A stretch of 60,457 nucleotides of DNA from a virus (lineage: Duplodnaviria; Caudoviricetes), in IMG/VR virus record IMGVR_UViG_3300046747_000764, positions 1 to 60,457 of that record; one strand, written 5' to 3'. Every line of letters begins with the position of its first letter. Within the stretch, counting starts at the first letter, position 1. Made by a program: the position numbers and the translations under genes. The notes below the pieces were generated by a model. It made no database searches, had not been told where the DNA came from, and saw nothing but the letters and a program-made list of their open reading frames with translations. Positions 56,745 through 60,457 of this stretch are shown here, in pieces.

Positions 56745-57494
56745 TTAGTGAGGCCGGCCCACGCGAACTGGGAATCCTTCAATTTTTGGCGCAGGTTCTG
56801 TAGGTCCGTCATAGAAGGAAAGGTCGTGGCCGTTGGGCTTGGTGGTCGGTTCGACAGTTGGTGCCCGGGCGGTTCGGCACCAGTTCCGCCATGTGGCTTC
56901 CCAGTCCAGTTTGCATCCATCCTTGCCAGCCTTTGCGTGCCAGTAATCGACGAAGTGGTTCGCTTGCGAATCCAGGTTGATGGGGGACAAACCATCGGCG
57001 TTGCGAATTTCGGCCCCCTTGTCCTTCCACTCCTGCGGAACCTTAAAGTCAGCAGGCAGCCGCGAAGCGCGGCGCTGTGGCGACTCTTGTATTGGTTCTT
57101 GGTTTATTATTGGTTCTTGGTTTAGTTTAACGCGCGTACCATTGCTGGGCGCATCGCCTAAGGGATTGATATTCCAGCGTTTAGCTGCTCGTTCTTGACC
57201 AGTTATTGACCGTTTATGAGCCCGTTCTAGCTCAGTTATGACCCGGTTATTACCCAGTTGTGACCCAGTTAGAGTCAACTTATGACCCACTAACAGCTCA
57301 GTTATGACCCTCTTAATCCGGTTTCGCTTCGCCTTGACGATGCGGAAAAGGCGCTCATCGTCAACCGGTATGGGACCTCCGGTTGAGGCGATGAGATCGC
57401 ACACCGTGCGATAAATGCCATTTTGCTCGGGCGTAAGTCCTGCGACGCCGACGAGCCATTCGTCTGGATGATGTTCAATGTATCGTACCTTCAT
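56745..57494 (-). CDS. Phage replication initiator (DUF1376/YdaU-like)
   Basis: W......LT.EQ.G.Y, GP...D..L, N.R...E; C-terminal F.DYW..K.G....KLDW.ATW.NW; internal iterons. Confidence 0.8.
   Translation of the reverse strand: MKVRYIEHHPDEWLVGVAGLTPEQNGIYRTVCDLIASTGGPIPVDDERLFRIVKAKRNRIKRVITELLVGHKLTLTGSQLGNNRVITELERAHKRSITGQERAAKRWNINPLGDAPSNGTRVKLNQEPIINQEPIQESPQRRASRLPADFKVPQEWKDKGAEIRNADGLSPINLDSQANHFVDYWHAKAGKDGCKLDWEATWRNWCRTARAPTVEPTTKPNGHDLSFYDGPTEPAPKIEGFPVRVGRPH
57090..57124. repeat. 17-bp AT-rich direct repeat next to the iterons
   Basis: TATTGGTTCTTGGTTTA at 57090 and 57108. Confidence 0.75.
57234..57310. repeat. Tandem 11-bp iterons (AGTTATGACCC consensus), putative origin
   Basis: Good copies at 57234, 57245, 57256, 57278 and 57300; degenerate units at 57267 and 57289. 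Confidence 0.75.
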
Positions 57495-57705
57495 CGGACT
57501 TTCTTACAAAAAAAAGCGTTATGAAAGATTAACCACCACGCGAGCGCGGCTCGTTTAACGTCTTGAAAACGGTACATCATTCCCGTATATCCCCCATCCG
57601 AGCCACACACGACACTCCCCCCCAGGTTGGGTGATGGTTCACGCTGCAGTCAGAGACTGCAGTTAGACGCGGCCCCGGACCCCCGCCCCGCCGGTCCGGG
57701 GCCGC

Positions 57706-58158
57706 TCATCTTTCGGTTGTAGGCCGCTCCGCCCTGTCGTGAGAAAGCGCGCATGCAGCTGTCTCCCAAGGCCACCCGATCATCGGCCTGCCCCTGGCGG
57801 GAATGTGCGGCGAGACCGGTTGCACATCTTCGAGCCGCCATGCGAATCGCCCTGGCGAATAATCACCAAACAGGTCTGGCTCTACAGATTCGGCGGGCAG
57901 AGACTCCGCCAAGACTGCCGTGCAGACCACGACACCGCGAGGCAAGCGATAGACCGAGCCATTCACCGCCGACATGATCGCGAGAGCTGTTTCACGGTCT
58001 AATCCAACGAGAGTGATTTCGCGCTTCGCCGCATGGATGGCGATGCGCTGACCGAGCAGTCGCTGCGGTGCGGCGAATGATCTGGTCTCGAATTTCTTGA
58101 CTCCGACGGCGATGAGGCTCGCATACGGTTGCCACAACGTAAGTGCTGGAATAATCAC
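57706..58158 (-). CDS. ASCH-domain protein
   Basis: ALTLWQPYASLIA.G.K..ETR, IAIHAAK, G.FAW.L; GTG start overlapping the upstream stop. Confidence 0.8.
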   Translation of the reverse strand: MIIPALTLWQPYASLIAVGVKKFETRSFAAPQRLLGQRIAIHAAKREITLVGLDRETALAIMSAVNGSVYRLPRGVVVCTAVLAESLPAESVEPDLFGDYSPGRFAWRLEDVQPVSPHIPARGRPMIGWPWETAACALSHDRAERPTTER

Positions 58159-58403
58159 GCGGCGCTCGGACGTCCCGGCCATAGGTCCGGCCGGATGGCG
58201 ATGATGTCGAGCGCTTGGTTCAACGCGTCGGCGCGCACCGCAGCGATGGCGCGAATGCCGGCGATGCTCACGAGGCAAACGTTGCCGTCGTCCAGGATGA
58301 CCCCGCCACATTTAAGGACCAGGTTTGTCATGCCCTCGTCGTCTAAAAGCGGGCGCATGTCGGCGGCGAGCAGGCGCTCGATGTCGAGCCGCTCGATGCT
58401 CAT
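58155..58403 (-). CDS. Hypothetical protein, paralogue of 58480-58728
   Basis: MSIERLDI...ADMR.LL...CGGVI...LN.ALD.IA.RPDLWP. Confidence 0.65.
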   Translation of the reverse strand: MSIERLDIERLLAADMRPLLDDEGMTNLVLKCGGVILDDGNVCLVSIAGIRAIAAVRADALNQALDIIAIRPDLWPGRPSAA

Positions 58404-58483
58404 TCTGCGGCCTCGAATCGCTTGGCGCGAACCTCTGTTAATGAGGCCCAAGGCTGATGCAATGTAATCGCCGGAATAATCAC
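58400..58483 (-). pseudogene. Truncated duplicate of the ASCH N-terminus
   Basis: VIIPAITLHQPWASLTEVRAKRFE then stop, versus VIIPALTLWQPYASLIAVGVKKFE. Confidence 0.65.
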
Positions 58484-58728
58484 GCGTCGCTCGGTGGCTG
58501 CGGCCAGAGATCCGGTCGGGTGGCAATGAGGTCGAGAGCCCGGTTTAGTACGTTCGAGCGGACGGTGTCTTTGATCCGCGTGCCGCCGACCTGGACGTAC
58601 CACTCATCGCCGACTTCGACGATGACCCCACCACATGCGTAAAGTATGTCGGTCATCGCCGGCTCTTCGAGCAGCCAACGCATATCGGCGCCGAGCTGCC
58701 GCGCGATGTCAGGGCGGTCGATGCTCAT
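58480..58728 (-). CDS. Hypothetical protein, paralogue of 58155-58403
   Basis: MSIDRPDI...ADMR.LL...CGGVI...LN.ALD.IA.RPDLWP. Confidence 0.65.
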   Translation of the reverse strand: MSIDRPDIARQLGADMRWLLEEPAMTDILYACGGVIVEVGDEWYVQVGGTRIKDTVRSNVLNRALDLIATRPDLWPQPPSDA

Positions 58729-58967
58729 CGCCGCTTACTCCCCAAAAAACCGGAGGGTTGCCCCTCCGATAAGTTGTGGGAGGAAACACCGGCCGTCTCC
58801 GACCGGCCCTCAGCGGCCCGATAAACCGCCGAAGCTCGTCGCAGCTTGAATTGCTGCCAATAATCCTCGCTGAACGCGTCGGCGCATTGCTCACTACAAA
58901 ATTGTAGCTTGGTGGCGCGCGGCAAGTGACCGCGGCACCACACGCACCTGCGCAGCGGCTCGCTCAT
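58725..58967 (-). CDS. Zn-ribbon small protein
   Basis: CVWC...FCSEQC. Confidence 0.5.
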   Translation of the reverse strand: MSEPLRRCVWCRGHLPRATKLQFCSEQCADAFSEDYWQQFKLRRASAVYRAAEGRSETAGVSSHNLSEGQPSGFLGSKRR

Positions 58968-59401
58968 CGCAGCGCCCCCAGGAATAGCTCTAACGTCGTG
59001 GCGTGTGCCGGTGTGCCAGCCCGCCCGCCACCAAGGACTTCGGCGCACGGCAGTGGTAGGACCTCAATACCGGGGGACAGCGCCCAGCGCTTCTCAGGCC
59101 ATACAGACCAGACGATCGCATCACGATCGCGGTAGACTCCCTCCAGGAGCGCCTTCAATAAATTATCGATATCCGGGGTCTGCGTATGGGGAGTGCCTGC
59201 GGCTTCTAGCTGCTTCGTTTTGGTCCAAGAAGGTGGAATCGGCATCCAGAAGATAACCTTGGATGGTATTGGCAACTCGACGCGCCGAGCCGCGACCTCA
59301 TCACGGAATGCAAAGTATTTCTTAACGGCATCACGCTTAGACCAGTGATCTTTCTGGGTCATGCGCGGCGCCGCCATTGGGCAGATGGGGTAGAAGGCCA
59401 T
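58964..59401 (-). CDS. RusA-like Holliday junction resolvase
   Basis: PRMT..D.W, F..P.P.SW, PDIDNLLK, K.W. Confidence 0.8.
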   Translation of the reverse strand: MAFYPICPMAAPRMTQKDHWSKRDAVKKYFAFRDEVAARRVELPIPSKVIFWMPIPPSWTKTKQLEAAGTPHTQTPDIDNLLKALLEGVYRDRDAIVWSVWPEKRWALSPGIEVLPLPCAEVLGGGRAGTPAHATTLELFLGALR

Positions 59402-59407
59402 TGCGGA

Positions 59408-59728
59408 TTATGTCTGGCCGTTTGACCAGTCAAATAAGTCAAACTGTATAGCTAGACCGATTCGGTGCATTGCCTCTAACTGCTCACGCGCCACAGCGCC
59501 CTTGTCCTCAAGGCGCAGCTTCGCGAGTTTTTTCATTGCAGCGATGTCGCGGGGCGCGAATTCGCGCTCGACGCATTCGGCAACGACCTCTTTGAGGTCA
59601 TTAGCGGCAACCTTGGTTTGGCGCAGGCACTCTTCCATGCGCTCGACCATGCTTTTAGTCAGGGTCGAACGATCTAAATCAAAGATTTTAGCGAAGTCGC
59701 GCTCGGGTCCTGAATCGTCTTTAGGCAT
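59408..59728 (-). CDS. GapR/DUF2312-like nucleoid-associated protein
   Basis: VER.E......D.KEV.AE.....MKK...LR pattern. Confidence 0.6.
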   Translation of the reverse strand: MPKDDSGPERDFAKIFDLDRSTLTKSMVERMEECLRQTKVAANDLKEVVAECVEREFAPRDIAAMKKLAKLRLEDKGAVAREQLEAMHRIGLAIQFDLFDWSNGQT

Positions 59729-59741
59729 GACCGTTTCCCCC

Positions 59742-59969
59742 TTAGTGTTTTAGCCGCTCCCACGAGCGCATCCTGCCGCGGCACCCGGTACAATAGCCGT
59801 AAGAGCTGCCGCCGCGTTTGCTGCCCCATCGCTCGTAGGCAGCGAGGCCATCTCGCACATAACAGTGCTCACCGAGGTCACATTCGGTCGGCGTGATTGC
59901 CGAGCGTCTAGCCTCGAACAGCGCGTCCCGCTGCGCCGCGTCAAAATCGGTATGATCTATTAGGCTCAT
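59742..59969 (-). CDS. Hypothetical Cys-containing protein
   Basis: GAGGGG RBS; CxxC. Confidence 0.5.
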   Translation of the reverse strand: MSLIDHTDFDAAQRDALFEARRSAITPTECDLGEHCYVRDGLAAYERWGSKRGGSSYGYCTGCRGRMRSWERLKH

Positions 59970-60231
59970 TTGTCGTTCCCCCTCAGTTACCGCTCGATCT
60001 CAGGCATTGGACGTGCTATCCATCTCGTGGATGAGCTGTAGCGGGTTCATCGGCGGGCGATCCCCTCACCTGCCCCACCGGGCGCTGGATATCCCCCCAT
60101 CCAGCGCCCGGTTTCGTTGTGGCTCCGTTTGTGCCGGGGTAAGCGCCATCGCGAAACCGCTGCCGTTTCCCAAAATCCCGAATATTTTCGGCGGAAACGC
60201 TAGGCATACGGCGCTTTCGGCCATCGCGGCC

Positions 60232-60296
60232 ACGGTTTGCTAAACCGTTAGGCGTCGTAAAGCGCCTCGTGGGTTCGAATCCCATCCCCTCCGCCA
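60232..60296 (+). tRNA. 3' fragment of tRNA-Ser(GCT), att-core-like, not a full gene
   Basis: Anticodon arm ACGGT-TTGCTAA-ACCGT, long variable arm, GTGGG-TTCGAAT-CCCAT, CCCCTCC-G-CCA; no GGAGGGG acceptor strand or D-arm upstream. Confidence 0.8.
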
Positions 60297-60302
60297 TTTC
60301 AA

Positions 60303-60457
60303 TCACTTAGTCGTCTCGCTTCGTTTGAGACCACTTGTACCTGTTCCGGCTTTTGTGCCGGCTTGCTCGTCAGGCGTTAGGAATGAGAGGTAAATCTCAG
60401 TTACCTTGACGGAGCTATGGCCGAGGATCTGGGATAGCGTATAGATGCTGCCGCCGC
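60303..60457 (-). CDS. C-terminus of a tyrosine integrase (runs in from the right end; not in ORF track)
   Basis: Manual translation GGSIYTLSQILGHSSVKVTEIY..., the box II LGH...T..Y motif with catalytic Tyr. Confidence 0.85.
   Translation of the reverse strand, partial: GGSIYTLSQILGHSSVKVTEIYLSFLTPDEQAGTKAGTGTSGLKRSETTK

Larger units (their letters stand above)
1..60457. mobile_element. Temperate phage-like element carrying a conjugation module (extends beyond both window ends)
   Basis: Terminase small and large, portal, lambda-O-like initiator with iterons, RusA, HU, tyrosine integrase next to a tRNA 3' fragment, virion-type genes; no recognisable host housekeeping operon. Confidence 0.85.

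Noticed and set aside
57200-57310. CRISPR array
   Set aside because: Contiguous 11-bp units without unique spacers, inside a CDS; no cas genes seen.
60190-60296. Full-length tRNA-Ser gene
   Set aside because: No 5' acceptor strand (GGAGGGG) or D-arm upstream of the anticodon arm; only the 3' part is present.
60016-60306. 96-aa ORF beginning MIEMAEGMGFEPT
   Set aside because: Antisense translation of the tRNA fragment, a well-known spurious ORF type.

Overview
The whole window looks like part of one temperate-phage-like element, probably from an alphaproteobacterial host (inferred from GcrA-, GapR- and DUF6456-like genes). Reading the minus strand from right to left: the C-terminus of a tyrosine integrase beside a 3' fragment of tRNA-Ser(GCT) (an attP-like arrangement); early/replication genes (GapR-like, RusA-like, ASCH, a DUF1376-type initiator with internal 11-bp iterons, HU, a PyrF-like enzyme, XRE regulators, a serine recombinase, GcrA-like); small and large terminase; portal; a glycosylation cassette; and a run of virion-type and giant adhesin/glycan-active genes, many with signal peptides. 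Between terL and the portal, on the opposite strand, sits an apparently intact ~19 kb conjugation module (virB1-like, virB2-virB11, virD4/traG, MOB-F relaxase-helicase) with no integrase of its own, which suggests a phage/conjugative-element hybrid. No capsid, prohead protease, tape-measure or lysis gene is recognisable in the window. Other highlights are a complete type III hammerhead ribozyme in a gene leader, Rpf/SceD-like transglycosylase domains both in the virB1 slot and fused to VirB6, a signal-less pilin paralogue, and many small membrane ORFs inside the virB operon. All family calls come from motif recognition by eye, not from database searches.
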